DNA of 64,000 nucleotides from an uncultured Gemmatimonadales bacterium. GTDB taxonomy: Bacteria; Gemmatimonadota; Gemmatimonadetes; Longimicrobiales; Longimicrobiaceae. Under the pieces are notes generated by a model that saw nothing but the letters and a program-made list of their open reading frames with translations, made no database searches and was not told the DNA's origin. This document shows, one piece after another, positions 17,366 to 27,009 of this stretch (its first letter is position 1; each line of letters starts with the position of its first letter). Location of the stretch: assembly GCA_963716255.1 (NCBI GenBank), contig OY970303.1:7744001-7808000 (forward strand), written 5' to 3'. The position numbers were made by a program, and so were the translations under genes.

Positions 17366-18079
17366 ATGAGCGACTTCGTACCGCTGGAGATCGAGCACGG
17401 GCCGCTGCTGGACCTGAGCGGCGACGCGTTTCCCACCCGGGTCGCCGGCTGGCGGGGCGGGCGGCTGGAGCTGGAGGCCGGCGCCACGCACTACGGGATG
17501 GTGGTGGAGGGATCCTGCACCCTGGAGACGGAAGCGGGGAGCTGGGAGCTGCGGGCGGGGATGTTCTGGGTCGTGCCGAGGGAGGGAAGCGTCCGCGGTG
17601 GCGCGGGGCTCGTCGTGTCGCGGCTCGGCTACCGGGGACTCTTCCAGGTGGGCGGGCCCATCGAGGCCGCGGGCCGTTTGCGCTACATCGATGGGTGCTC
17701 GGACACGCTGCTGGTGTGTCCCCCCGCGCTCGGCGAGCCCTGCCTCAACCACCTGCACATGCCGCCGGCGACCGACCAGACCGCGCACACCCACCCCTCC
17801 GAGCGCATCGGGGTGATCGTGCGGGGGGCGGGCGAGTGCCGCACCCCCGGCGGGACGTTCGCGCTGCGGCCGGGAATGGGGTGGCGCATCCCCACCGGCT
17901 GCCTGCACTCCTTCTTCACCCGCGGGGAAGCGCTGGACGTGCTCGCCTGGCACCCGGACAGCGACTTCGGGCCCACGCACGACCACCACCCCATGGTCAA
18001 CCGCACCTACGTGCAGGGCGTGTCCGCCACGGAGATCGACGAGATCCGCACGCGCGGGGATCCGCCGGCCGCGGAGTAG
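17366..18079 (+). CDS. Cupin-fold protein (probable bicupin, metal binding)
   Basis: QTAHTHPSERIGVIVRGAG...IPTGCLHSF motif in C-terminal barrel. Confidence 0.8.
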   Translation: MSDFVPLEIEHGPLLDLSGDAFPTRVAGWRGGRLELEAGATHYGMVVEGSCTLETEAGSWELRAGMFWVVPREGSVRGGAGLVVSRLGYRGLFQVGGPIEAAGRLRYIDGCSDTLLVCPPALGEPCLNHLHMPPATDQTAHTHPSERIGVIVRGAGECRTPGGTFALRPGMGWRIPTGCLHSFFTRGEALDVLAWHPDSDFGPTHDHHPMVNRTYVQGVSATEIDEIRTRGDPPAAE

Positions 18080-18096
18080 GTCGGGGTCTACAGCGG

Positions 18097-18126
18097 TTGC
18101 CGCGGACCGGCGCAGTCCGGTATACT
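18097..18126 (+). promoter_or_regulatory. Putative sigma70-type promoter
   Basis: TTGCCG-N18-TATACT upstream of the acyl-CoA dehydrogenase. Confidence 0.5.
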
Positions 18127-18182
18127 TCCGGGCTTTCGCCGGTCCGTCGTTTTCCAGTCCCGAACTCCAACCGTCCGCTGCA

Positions 18183-19367
18183 ATGGCCAAGTTCCAGGGC
18201 GTAGACTACTACGAAATCGATTCGCTGCTCACCGAAGAGCAGCGCATGATCCGCGACACCGTGCGCGAGTGGGTGGACGACAACCTGCTGCCGGTGATCA
18301 ACGACGCGTACATCGGCCGCTACCTCCCCAAGCAGCTCGTCCCCGGCATGGCGGAGCTGGGCGTGTTCGGCGCCAACCTCCCGGAGGAGTACGGCTGCGC
18401 GGGGCTCGACAACGTGTCGTACGGCCTCATCATGCAGGAGCTGGAGCGGGGCGACTCGGGGATCCGCTCCTTCGCATCGGTGCAGGGCGCGCTCTGCATG
18501 TACCCCATCTACGCCTTCGGCTCCGAGGAGCAGAAGCGCGAGTACCTGCCGCGCATGGCCGCCGGCGAGGTGATCGGGTGCTTCGGGCTCACCGAGCCGG
18601 ACTTCGGCTCCAACCCGGGCGGGATGGTGACCCGCGCCCGCAAGACCGACGACGGATGGGTGATCAACGGCGCCAAGATGTGGATCACCAACGGCTCCAC
18701 CGCCGACATCGCCATCGTCTGGGCCAAGACCGGCGAGATGGACGACACCAAGGCCATCCGCGGCTTCATCGTCCCCACGGACACGCCGGGCTTCACCGCC
18801 AAGGACCAGAAGGGGAAGCTGTCGCTGCTGGCCTCGGACACCTCGGAGCTGGTGCTCCAGGACGTGCACGTCCCCGATTCCGCTCTCCTCCCCGAGTCGG
18901 GCGGCCTCAAGAGCCCGCTGATGTGCCTGACGCAGGCGCGCTACGGGATCGCCTGGGGCGCGGTGGGCGCGGCCATGGCCTGCTACGACGAGGCCCTGAG
19001 CTACGCCAAGACCCGGGTGCAGTTCGGCGGCAAGCCCATCGCCGCCACCCAGATCCAGCAGACGCGCCTGGCGGAGATGCTCACCGAGATCACCAAGGCG
19101 CAGCTCCTCTGCTGGCGGCTGGGCAAGCTCAAGGACGAGGGGACCATGCGCCCGGAGCAGGTATCGCTCGCCAAGCGCAACAACGTGGACATGGCCACCG
19201 ACATCGCCCGCGAGGCGCGCCGCCTGCTGGGCGGCAACGGCATCCTCATCGAGTACCAGGCCATGCGCCACATGGCCAACCTGGAGTCGGTGTACACGTA
19301 CGAGGGCACGCACGACGTCCACGGCCTGATCCTGGGCCAGGACATCACGGGCTACGCGGCATACTAG
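18183..19367 (+). CDS. Acyl-CoA dehydrogenase, glutaryl-CoA dehydrogenase-like
   Basis: ELERGDSG, CFGLTEPDFGS, NGAKMWITNG, YTYEGTHDVH. Confidence 0.92.
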   Translation: MAKFQGVDYYEIDSLLTEEQRMIRDTVREWVDDNLLPVINDAYIGRYLPKQLVPGMAELGVFGANLPEEYGCAGLDNVSYGLIMQELERGDSGIRSFASVQGALCMYPIYAFGSEEQKREYLPRMAAGEVIGCFGLTEPDFGSNPGGMVTRARKTDDGWVINGAKMWITNGSTADIAIVWAKTGEMDDTKAIRGFIVPTDTPGFTAKDQKGKLSLLASDTSELVLQDVHVPDSALLPESGGLKSPLMCLTQARYGIAWGAVGAAMACYDEALSYAKTRVQFGGKPIAATQIQQTRLAEMLTEITKAQLLCWRLGKLKDEGTMRPEQVSLAKRNNVDMATDIAREARRLLGGNGILIEYQAMRHMANLESVYTYEGTHDVHGLILGQDITGYAAY

Positions 19368-19423
19368 GGAACGGGGATCGGCCGGCGGGGTTCCACCTGT
19401 CGGCCGTCTCGTCCCGCGAGGGG

Positions 19424-19452
19424 TTGCAGTCCCGCGGAACCGCTGTTACTTT
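19424..19452 (+). promoter_or_regulatory. Putative upstream promoter (P1) of tRNA operon
   Basis: TTGCAG-N17-TACTTT with extended -10 TG. Confidence 0.5.
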
Positions 19453-19512
19453 CGTCGGCCCGCGAGACCGGCCGGAACGGTGCAGCGGCCCGGCGGAAGG
19501 TGCCGCGCGGGG

Positions 19513-19541
19513 TTGACAGAACAGGGATTCCGGGGTAGATT
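19513..19541 (+). promoter_or_regulatory. Sigma70 promoter (P2) of tRNA operon
   Basis: TTGACA-N17-TAGATT, 20 nt before tRNA-Lys. Confidence 0.75.
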
Positions 19542-19561
19542 CACCCTCTCTGTTCGGCCAC

Positions 19562-19634
<73 letters not shown>

Positions 19635-19661
19635 CTGGGAAAAATTCAGGTCTTGGTTTGT

Positions 19662-19735
<74 letters not shown>

Positions 19736-19749
19736 CCTTGTCGGCACAT

Positions 19750-19833
19750 GCTCCGGTGGCGGAATTGGTAGACGCGCTAGATTCAGGATCTAGTGGGCGT
19801 AAGCCCGTGGAGGTTCGAGTCCTCTCCAGAGCA
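19750..19833 (+). tRNA. tRNA-Leu(CAG)
   Basis: CTAGA-TTCAGGA-TCTAG, long variable arm; C5:A68 mismatch in acceptor stem. Confidence 0.93.
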
Positions 19834-19859
19834 CTGTTGGTGGTTCGGCTGGTCGGTTT

Positions 19860-19943
19860 GCCCAGGTGCTGAAATTGGTAGACAGGCCAGACTAAGGATC
19901 TGGTGCCGGAAACGGCGTGGAGGTTCGAGTCCTCTCCTGGGCA
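19860..19943 (+). tRNA. tRNA-Leu(AAG)
   Basis: CCAGA-CTAAGGA-TCTGG (AAG at 19894-19896), long variable arm, A73. Confidence 0.92.
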
Positions 19944-19965
19944 CTGCTTCAATGTTTGACAATTC

Positions 19966-20332
19966 GGGAGACGAGTGAGGATCGCGGCACCCCCGGGTGT
20001 CGAGGAAAGTCCGAGCTCCACAGGGCAGGGTGCCGGCTAACGGCCGGGCGTCGCGAGGCGCCGGAAAGTGCAACAGAGAAAAGACCGCCGATGGCTCCGG
20101 TTCGCCGGGGCACAGGCAAGGGTGAAACGGTGGCGGTAAGAGCGCACCGCGCTCCTGGCAACAGGGGCGGCATGGTAAACCCCACCCGGAGCAAGGCCAA
20201 ATAGGGGATGAGGGGCGGCCCGCCCCGATGAAGTCCCGGGTAGGCTGCTAGAGGCCGGCGGCAACGCCGGTCCCAGAGAAATGATCCTCCTCCGCTTCGG
20301 CGGGGAACAGAACTCGGCTTACACCGTCTCCC
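19966..20332 (+). ncRNA. rnpB: RNase P RNA (bacterial type A)
   Basis: GAGGAAAGTCCGAGCTC, AGTGCAACAG, GGTAAACCCC...GAGCAAG, ACAGAACTCGGCTTA; terminal GGGAGACG/CGTCTCCC. Confidence 0.97.
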
Positions 20333-20340
20333 AACGTCTT

Positions 20341-20414
20341 GCGCTCGTAGCTCAGCTGGATAGAGCGTTGCCCTCCGGAGGCAAAGGTCACAGGTTCGAA
20401 TCCTGTCGGGCGCA
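20341..20414 (+). tRNA. tRNA-Arg(CCG)
   Basis: TTGCC-CTCCGGA-GGCAA anticodon arm. Confidence 0.95.
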
Positions 20415-20436
20415 CTGAAAGAATCTTCAGGACACC

Positions 20437-20467
20437 AGGCCCCACGCGATAGCTCGCGTGGGGCTTT
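20437..20467 (+). terminator. Terminator-like hairpin after tRNA operon
   Basis: AGGCCCCACGCGA-TAGC-TCGCGTGGGGCTTT. Confidence 0.65.
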
Positions 20468-20533
20468 CGTGCGTCTGGCCCCTCTCCGGTGGCGTAAAGC
20501 TGGCCCGCGCTGCACCTACTTTGTCACTGTCCC

Positions 20534-21508
20534 TCACGTTCTCGAGCGCGAAAGCAGATGGCGGACGCTGAACCTTACCGCCGAGACTGTCACACCGGCC
20601 AAGGAAGCAGATAAGTCGGCAACCTTCCTCACTTCAACCAAGGAGATCGGCTGGACAGTTGAAATGCTGAGACGCACCTCTGAGTCAATTCGCTGCCATT
20701 TGATATCACCAACTGCGATGCGTCTCTCAAGCTCGTTGACGAAGCCGGCGATAGCATCGTCGGAGTCAGTAACCAGCGTCAGGACAAATTCGCGCGCTGC
20801 GCTGGGTGTCGCTCCCGCAGCCGATTGCGGCAGGTGGGTATTGGCGAGATGGCGGATCTCCGCCCGCATCTCGGCCAGTTCCGCCCGCACGAGTTGTAGA
20901 GCTGGGTCCGACTCGGCCTCCTGCAACTCCGCACGGCTTGCGGGACGTTCTAGGTCCAGCAGCCGAACGAGGGAGTACACCCCTTCCGACTTCTCGGCCG
21001 CTTTGACAGTAGCTAGGATCGCGTCGCGGATCCTGGCCTGATCCTCCAGCACCTCGTGGTAGAGGCGTGCCCGCCGGTACGAATAGGTCCGTAGCGACGC
21101 CACGTCGAAGAGCGGCGGAGTGCCCTCCTCCATCACCAGCACCGTCGGCATGTCGAAGGCCTGCCGGAACCCGAGTTCGTAGAGCACGTTTCCGTTCCGG
21201 GTGCTCAGGTCGCAGATAGCGATCGGCGCCTCCCGGATTTGGCGAAGGAAGGAGAGGTGGATCAGATTGCTAGCCGTATCCTCGTCCGCTCGGACCGGCC
21301 GGTACCCGGCGTCCAGGATAGCCGGCCTAAAGATGTCCTCGTAGATGCGCAGAAAGTGGCCAGCCGTGTACCCCTCCGGGTCGCTGATCGGCATCATTAC
21401 GAAGCAGGGTTCCTCCTCGCCGCCATTGCGCTGGGGCACCACAATTGTCCCTTCACGCTTCTTCCGTGGTTCTGGCTTCGTCACCTCGTCAGCCATGCTC
21501 TCGCTCAT
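20534..21508 (-). CDS. Nucleoside 2-deoxyribosyltransferase-like domain protein with coiled C-terminal region (start 21508 or 21496)
   Basis: CFVMMP...PVRADE...ICDLSTRNGNVLYELGFRQAF; visibly less GC-biased codons than flanks. Confidence 0.75.
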   Translation of the reverse strand: MSESMADEVTKPEPRKKREGTIVVPQRNGGEEEPCFVMMPISDPEGYTAGHFLRIYEDIFRPAILDAGYRPVRADEDTASNLIHLSFLRQIREAPIAICDLSTRNGNVLYELGFRQAFDMPTVLVMEEGTPPLFDVASLRTYSYRRARLYHEVLEDQARIRDAILATVKAAEKSEGVYSLVRLLDLERPASRAELQEAESDPALQLVRAELAEMRAEIRHLANTHLPQSAAGATPSAAREFVLTLVTDSDDAIAGFVNELERRIAVGDIKWQRIDSEVRLSISTVQPISLVEVRKVADLSASLAGVTVSAVRFSVRHLLSRSRT

Positions 21509-21950
21509 CCGGATTGAAGGTGGGTCCTCTCTTGGCCCGCTCAACGACGCTGCTCCCAAACTCCCGCCACCAGCGCCCGCAGCAACTCCCCGGCGCGATA
21601 GGCTGAACAGCCCGGAATTCCTCGGACTTTTGGCTCGCACGTAGCGAAACGCGACCGGCTTCCCATAGGCCCCGCCACACGCAACCAGCGCGCCGCATCT
21701 CCACGCCCGACTCACGGTCGGCGCCTGCGCAACCCGCGACTCCAGTTTCGCTTCCGTCCTGCCGATACTCTCACCGACTCGCCTGCACCCGCACGCGCGC
21801 CCACGGCGGGCGGCGGCTTGTGCCCACGCCGAATCGGTGCGACTTTTGTCTTCTTCGACACACGTTTCCCGGCTCGACCCGCCGCCGGCCCCCTCCTGGG
21901 AGCCGCAGTCGCCTCCGTTTGCAGCCGATCCGGCACCCGCCGTCCCCAGC

Positions 21951-23081
21951 ATGACCCCCTGGACCACGTTCGAGAACCGGCGCGTCCTCACGGTGGACGA
22001 CTCCCGAGCCGTGCGCATCTTTTTGTCCGAAGTGCTCGCCTCCCACGGCGCGTGGGTGGAAGAGGCGGCCACGGGCGAGGAGGCGCTGCGGCTCTGCGGG
22101 GAGGGGAAGGGCTACGACCTGATCCTGCTGGACCTGCACCTCCCCGACACCGACGGCATCGAGGTGCTGCGCCGGATCCGCGAGGACGACGACACCACCC
22201 CGGTGGTGATGCTCACCGGCTCCGGGGGAATCCAGACGGCCACGGCTGCGGTGAGGCAGGGGGCGGACGGGTACATCGAGAAGCAGCACCTGGACATCGC
22301 CAACGACGAAGGGTCGTTTCTGTACGCCCTGGGGCAGGCCGTGGAGCACCGCGCCGGGCACGTCGCGCAGCGCCAGCTCCAGGAGATGAAGGCCGACTTC
22401 TACTCCATGGTCACCCACGACCTGCGCAACCCCGCCGGCAACGTGTGGGGCGCCGTGCGCATGCTCCTGTCCGGCAAGGCCGGTCCGCTCAACCCCCAGC
22501 AGGAGCAGCTGCTTTCCCTCGCGCACAGCTCCGCCAGCAAGCTGGTGGGGCTGATCGACGACTACCTTGACTTCGCCGCCATCGACGCCGGCTTCCTGCG
22601 GCTGGACGTGCGCGAGGCCGAGCTGGCCGAGGTGGTGCGCGCCAGCGCCCGGCAGGCCGCGCCGCAGGCCGTTGTGCGCCGGCAGACGCTCCGCGTGGTC
22701 CTCCCCGACGGCCCGGTTCAGGCGCGCGTCGATCCGGCGCGGCTGGAGCAGGTGCTCGACAACCTGCTCTCCAACGCCGTCAAGTACACCCCCGACGGCG
22801 GGAGCATCGAGGTCGCGCTGGAGGCCGACGCCGAGCGGGCCGTCTTCCGGGTGCGCGACGACGGCAACGGCATCGCGCCCGAGCAGCAGTCCGCGCTCTT
22901 CGCGCGCTACCAGCGCGTGCCCGGCGAGGCCACCCGCGGCATCCGGGGGACCGGGCTGGGGCTGCTGATCGTCAAGGAGATCGTGGAGGGCCACGGTGGG
23001 ACGGTGCGCGTGGAGTCCGATGGGGTGCCGGGGCGGGGGACGGTCTTCACCGTCACCATCCCGCTCGCCCCCGCGGCGTAG
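21951..23081 (+). CDS. Hybrid receiver-histidine kinase (REC-HisKA-HATPase)
   Basis: VLTVDD, LLDLHLPD, THDLRNP, NLLSNAVKYT, GTGLGL. Confidence 0.92.
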   Translation: MTPWTTFENRRVLTVDDSRAVRIFLSEVLASHGAWVEEAATGEEALRLCGEGKGYDLILLDLHLPDTDGIEVLRRIREDDDTTPVVMLTGSGGIQTATAAVRQGADGYIEKQHLDIANDEGSFLYALGQAVEHRAGHVAQRQLQEMKADFYSMVTHDLRNPAGNVWGAVRMLLSGKAGPLNPQQEQLLSLAHSSASKLVGLIDDYLDFAAIDAGFLRLDVREAELAEVVRASARQAAPQAVVRRQTLRVVLPDGPVQARVDPARLEQVLDNLLSNAVKYTPDGGSIEVALEADAERAVFRVRDDGNGIAPEQQSALFARYQRVPGEATRGIRGTGLGLLIVKEIVEGHGGTVRVESDGVPGRGTVFTVTIPLAPAA

Positions 23082-23102
23082 CCCGCCGCCGAGCCCGCCC
23101 CG

Positions 23103-23561
23103 ATGGAGATCCTGCTCTTCGACGTGGCCGGCGAGCGCTGCGCCCTCGCCGTGGCGGACGTCCTGCGGGTGGTGCCCGCCGCGGCCGTGGCCCCGCTCCC
23201 GGGCGCCCCCGCGGTGGTGGACGGCGTGCTCGACCTGCACGGCCGCGTGGTGCCGGTGCTCTCGCTGCGGCGGCGCTTCGGCCTCCCCGACCGACCGCTC
23301 CGCCCCGACGACGTGTTCGTGGTCGCCACGGTCGCGGGGCGCGTGGTCGCGCTCCGCGCCGACGCCGCGCTCGGCATCGCCCGCGTGGACCCCGCCGGCG
23401 TGGTGCCCGCCGCACAGGTGGTCGCGGCATCCGGGCACGTGGGCGGCGTGGCGCGGCTCCCGGACGGGCTCGCGCTGATCCACGACCTGCGCACCTTCCT
23501 TTCCGGGGCCGAGGCCGCCGGGGTGGACGCGGCGCTGGCCGCCGCGGAGCGGGGCGCGTGA
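23103..23561 (+). CDS. cheW: CheW-like adaptor
   Basis: GVLDLHGRVVPVLSLRRRFG. Confidence 0.88.
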   Translation: MEILLFDVAGERCALAVADVLRVVPAAAVAPLPGAPAVVDGVLDLHGRVVPVLSLRRRFGLPDRPLRPDDVFVVATVAGRVVALRADAALGIARVDPAGVVPAAQVVAASGHVGGVARLPDGLALIHDLRTFLSGAEAAGVDAALAAAERGA

Positions 23562-24931
23562 GGCCGGCGGCGGTCGCCGAGGTGCTGCGCCTGGCCGGAG
23601 AGCGCGCGGGGCTGGTCTTTTCCGCCGGGCAGGCGGAGCTCGCGGCGGCCGGGGTGCGGCGCGCCATGCAGCGCGCGGGGGTGCACGACCCGGCGGACTT
23701 CCTGGGGCTGGCCGCGGCGGGGACGGGCGCGTGGGAGGTGCTGCTGGAGGAGCTGTCCGTGGGGGAAACGTACTTCTTCCGCGAGCCGGACCAGCTCGCC
23801 TTCATCCGCGACACCGTGCTCCCGGAGCTCGCCGCGCGCGGCGGGCCGGCGGGGGTGCGCGCCTGGAGCGCCGCCTGCGCCACCGGCGAGGAAGCGTACA
23901 CCCTCGCCATGCTGCTGGGCGACGCCGGGTGCCCCGCCTTCCGCGTGCTGGGCACCGACGTGGTGCGCAGCCGGCTGGACGCCGCCGGGCGCGGCTCGTA
24001 TCGCCGCTGGTCGCTGCGCGGCGTCCCGGACGCCGCGGCCGAGCGCTGGTTCGGGCGCGAGGGCGACCGCTTCCGGGTGCGCGACGAGGTGCGGGCTGCG
24101 GTCGGTTTCGCCCCGCTCAACCTGGCCGACCCGCGCCGGGCGTACGTCGCCGCGGGCGCCTGGGGGATGGACCTGGTCCTTTGCCGCAACGTCCTCATCT
24201 ACCTGGACGACGCCACCACCCGCCACGTGGCCACGCGCCTGATGGACGCGCTCGCCCCCGGCGGATGGCTCTTCCTGGGCGCCTCCGATCCGCCGCTCGC
24301 CGGGCTGGTCCCCTGCGAGGTGGTGACGACCGGCGGCGGCATCGCCTACCGCAGGCCCGCGCGCCCCGCGGCTCCGGCCCCCGCTTCCGCGCCGTCCGCC
24401 CGGTCCCCCGCCGGGGCGCCCCCGCGCGCCGCCGCGCCGCCCCTCGCCGCGACCCCGGCCGACCCCCCGCCGACGGCGTCCGCGCCCGCGGCGCCCGCTG
24501 CCCCCACCGCGCCCGCCGAGCCCGATGCCGACGAGGCCGCCGCGCGGGTGCGCGCCCTCGCCGACCGCGGCGAGCTGGACGAGGCAGCGTCCGCGTGCGC
24601 CGCGGCGCTGCGCGGGCACCGCGACTCCCCCGAGCTGCTGGTGCTCCACTCCACGCTCCTCTTCACCGCCCGCCGCTTCGCCGAAGCCGCCGCCGCGGCG
24701 CGGCGCGCGCTCTATCTGGACCGCGGCTGCGCCGTCGCGCACCTGGCGCTGGGCAGCGCGGCGGCGCGCTCGGGCGACGCCGCGGTGGCCCGACGCGCCC
24801 TGCGCAACGCCGCCGACCTCCTGCGCTCCCATCCCGCCGGGGAGGTGGTCCCCGCCTCCGGCGGCGAGGCCGCGGCGCGGCTCCTCGCCGTCGCCGAGGC
24901 GCAGCTCCAAGTACTCGGGGAGGTGGCGTGA
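23558..24931 (+). CDS. cheR: CheR methyltransferase with C-terminal TPR (WspC-like)
   Basis: VGETYFFRE, WSAACATGEEAY, CRNVLIY, RRALYLD. Confidence 0.92.
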   Translation: MRPAAVAEVLRLAGERAGLVFSAGQAELAAAGVRRAMQRAGVHDPADFLGLAAAGTGAWEVLLEELSVGETYFFREPDQLAFIRDTVLPELAARGGPAGVRAWSAACATGEEAYTLAMLLGDAGCPAFRVLGTDVVRSRLDAAGRGSYRRWSLRGVPDAAAERWFGREGDRFRVRDEVRAAVGFAPLNLADPRRAYVAAGAWGMDLVLCRNVLIYLDDATTRHVATRLMDALAPGGWLFLGASDPPLAGLVPCEVVTTGGGIAYRRPARPAAPAPASAPSARSPAGAPPRAAAPPLAATPADPPPTASAPAAPAAPTAPAEPDADEAAARVRALADRGELDEAASACAAALRGHRDSPELLVLHSTLLFTARRFAEAAAAARRALYLDRGCAVAHLALGSAAARSGDAAVARRALRNAADLLRSHPAGEVVPASGGEAAARLLAVAEAQLQVLGEVA

Positions 24932-25515
24932 CGCCGCCGCGCCGCGCCCCGGCGGTCGACCTGGCGGAGGCCCGGCGGCGGGTGGAGGAGGCCGGGCACG
25001 CGCTGGCGCACGGCCCCGCGCCGTCCCCGGAGGGCGACCGCCGCGTGCTGGAGGAGCGCGCGCGGCTCCTCGCGCGCCCGGACGCGCCGGAAGCGTCCGG
25101 ATACGAGCTGGAGCTGGTGACCTTTTCCCTCGCCGGCGAGCGCTTCGCCATCGACGCCGGGTACCTGCTGGCCGTCGCCCGCGTGGAGCGCGTGACCACC
25201 GTGCCGGGCACCGACCCCACCGTCTACGGGGTCATGGCGTGGCGCGGCGAGCTGCTCCTGATCCGCGACTACCGCACCCTCCTGGGGCTCGCCGCCGACC
25301 CGGACAGGGCGCCCGGGTGCGTGCTGGTGGCCGGCGAGGATCGCCCCGCCTTCGGCATACTGGCCGACGAGCCCGGGGAGTTCGTGCGCATCCCCGCCTC
25401 GCAGGTGCACCCGGCTCCCGGGAGGGAGGACGTGGGGCTGAACATCGTGCGCGGGGTGACCGGCGGGATGCTGATGGTGCTGGACGCCGTGGAGCTGTGG
25501 AACCTACATGGATGA
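24928..25515 (+). CDS. cheW: Second CheW-like adaptor
   Basis: LEERARLLA leader, VTTVPG...YGVMAWRGELL; GTGA overlap with cheR. Confidence 0.85.
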   Translation: MTPPRRAPAVDLAEARRRVEEAGHALAHGPAPSPEGDRRVLEERARLLARPDAPEASGYELELVTFSLAGERFAIDAGYLLAVARVERVTTVPGTDPTVYGVMAWRGELLLIRDYRTLLGLAADPDRAPGCVLVAGEDRPAFGILADEPGEFVRIPASQVHPAPGREDVGLNIVRGVTGGMLMVLDAVELWNLHG

Positions 25516-25530
25516 CACAAGGAGGAGCCG

Positions 25531-27009
25531 GTGCAGAAGACGGTGAGCCGCCGCATCGCGTCGGGCTTCGCGGTGGCGCTGGGGCTGATGCTGGTGGTGA
25601 CGGCGGTGGCGGGGCTCGCACTGCACCAGGCCACCCGGGCGTACCAGGCCGCGCTGAAGCAGCAGCGGAACAACGAGATCCCCGCGCTGGAGACCCGGCT
25701 GGCGTACATGGAGGCGAACCTCAACTTCGTCCGCTACCTCCTGGCGCCCTCCGACAACTGGTCCCGGCGGCGCGAAACGGCGGTCGCGGGCGTCATGGCC
25801 CAGCTGGACACGCTGCGGCGCACCTCCCACAGCCCCGAGGCGCGCGAGCTCTGGCAGGACGCCATCGCGTCCATGTCGGACTGGAACGACGCCTCGCGCG
25901 ATGCCATGGAAGCGGCGCGCAGCGGGAGCATGGCCGACGCGCTGCGCATCCGCGACACGCGCACCTTCCCCACCGGCACGGCGTTCATCCGGGCGGTGGA
26001 TGACGGCCTGCAGGCGGAGCGCCGCGAGACCGACGACACCGTCAGGGCGGCCGAGAAGGCCGCACGCTGGACGATGTGGGGGCTCGCCGGCGCCGCGCTC
26101 CTCGCGCTGGTGGTGGGCGTCGCCTCGGCGCTGCGCCTGTACCGCGACGTGAGCGACCCGCTGCGCGAGTCCACCGGCGTGCTCGCCTCCAGCGCAAGCG
26201 AGATCCTCGCCGCCACCCGGCAGCAGGCCGCCGGCGCCAGCCAGTCCATGGCCGCCGTGGCCGAGACCGCCGCCACCGTCGACCAGGTGGCCCAGACCGC
26301 CGAGCAGGCGGCGCAGCGGGCCCGCATGGTGGCCGAGTCGGCGCAGCGCACCGCCGAGATCGGCAAGACCGGGCGCCGCGCCGTGGAGGAGTCACAGGCC
26401 TCCATGGCCGGGGTGCGCGAGCAGGTGGAGTCCATCGCCGCCAGCATCCTCGCCCTCGCCGAGCAGGCCCAGGCCATCGGCGAGATCATCGCCACGGTGG
26501 ACGATATCGCCGGGCAGACCAACCTGCTCGCCCTGAACGCCGCCATCGAGGCGTCGCGCGCCGGCGAGTACGGCCGCGGCTTCGCCGTGGTCGCGCAGGA
26601 GATCCGCAGCCTGGCGGAGCAGTCGCGGGGCGCCACCGTGCAGGTCCGCCAGCTCCTGGGCGAGATCCAGCGCGCCACCACCACCGCGGTGATGACCACC
26701 GAGGAGGGGACCAAGCAGGCCGCCGTGGGCGCGCGCCAGGTCGCCGAGGCCGGCGACACCATCCGCCTCCTCGCCGAGACCGCCTCCGACGCCGCGCAGG
26801 CCGCCGCGCAGATCGTGGCCTCCGCCGGGCAGCAGGCCTCGGGGATGGGGCAGATCCGCCAGGCCATGCGCGACATCCAGACGGCCACCCAGCAGAACCT
26901 GTCCGCCACCCAGCAGACCGAGCGCGCCGCCCAGGACCTGAGCCGCATCGGCCTGTCGCTGATGGAGCTGGTGGGGACCGACCGCCGGGCGGGGCCGCGC
27001 CCGGGATGA
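25531..27009 (+). CDS. Methyl-accepting chemotaxis protein
   Basis: Two TM, helical periplasmic domain, [30 protein letters not shown]. Confidence 0.95.
   Translation: MQKTVSRRIASGFAVALGLMLVVTAVAGLALHQATRAYQAALKQQRNNEIPALETRLAYMEANLNFVRYLLAPSDNWSRRRETAVAGVMAQLDTLRRTSHSPEARELWQDAIASMSDWNDASRDAMEAARSGSMADALRIRDTRTFPTGTAFIRAVDDGLQAERRETDDTVRAAEKAARWTMWGLAGAALLALVVGVASALRLYRDVSDPLRESTGVLASSASEILAATRQQAAGASQSMAAVAETAATVDQVAQTAEQAAQRARMVAESAQRTAEIGKTGRRAVEESQASMAGVREQVESIAASILALAEQAQAIGEIIATVDDIAGQTNLLALNAAIEASRAGEYGRGFAVVAQEIRSLAEQSRGATVQVRQLLGEIQRATTTAVMTTEEGTKQAAVGARQVAEAGDTIRLLAETASDAAQAAAQIVASAGQQASGMGQIRQAMRDIQTATQQNLSATQQTERAAQDLSRIGLSLMELVGTDRRAGPRPG

Noticed and set aside
20415..21950. 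Integrative element or prophage at tRNA-Arg(CCG)
   Set aside because: No integrase and no duplicated tRNA 3' end found by eye
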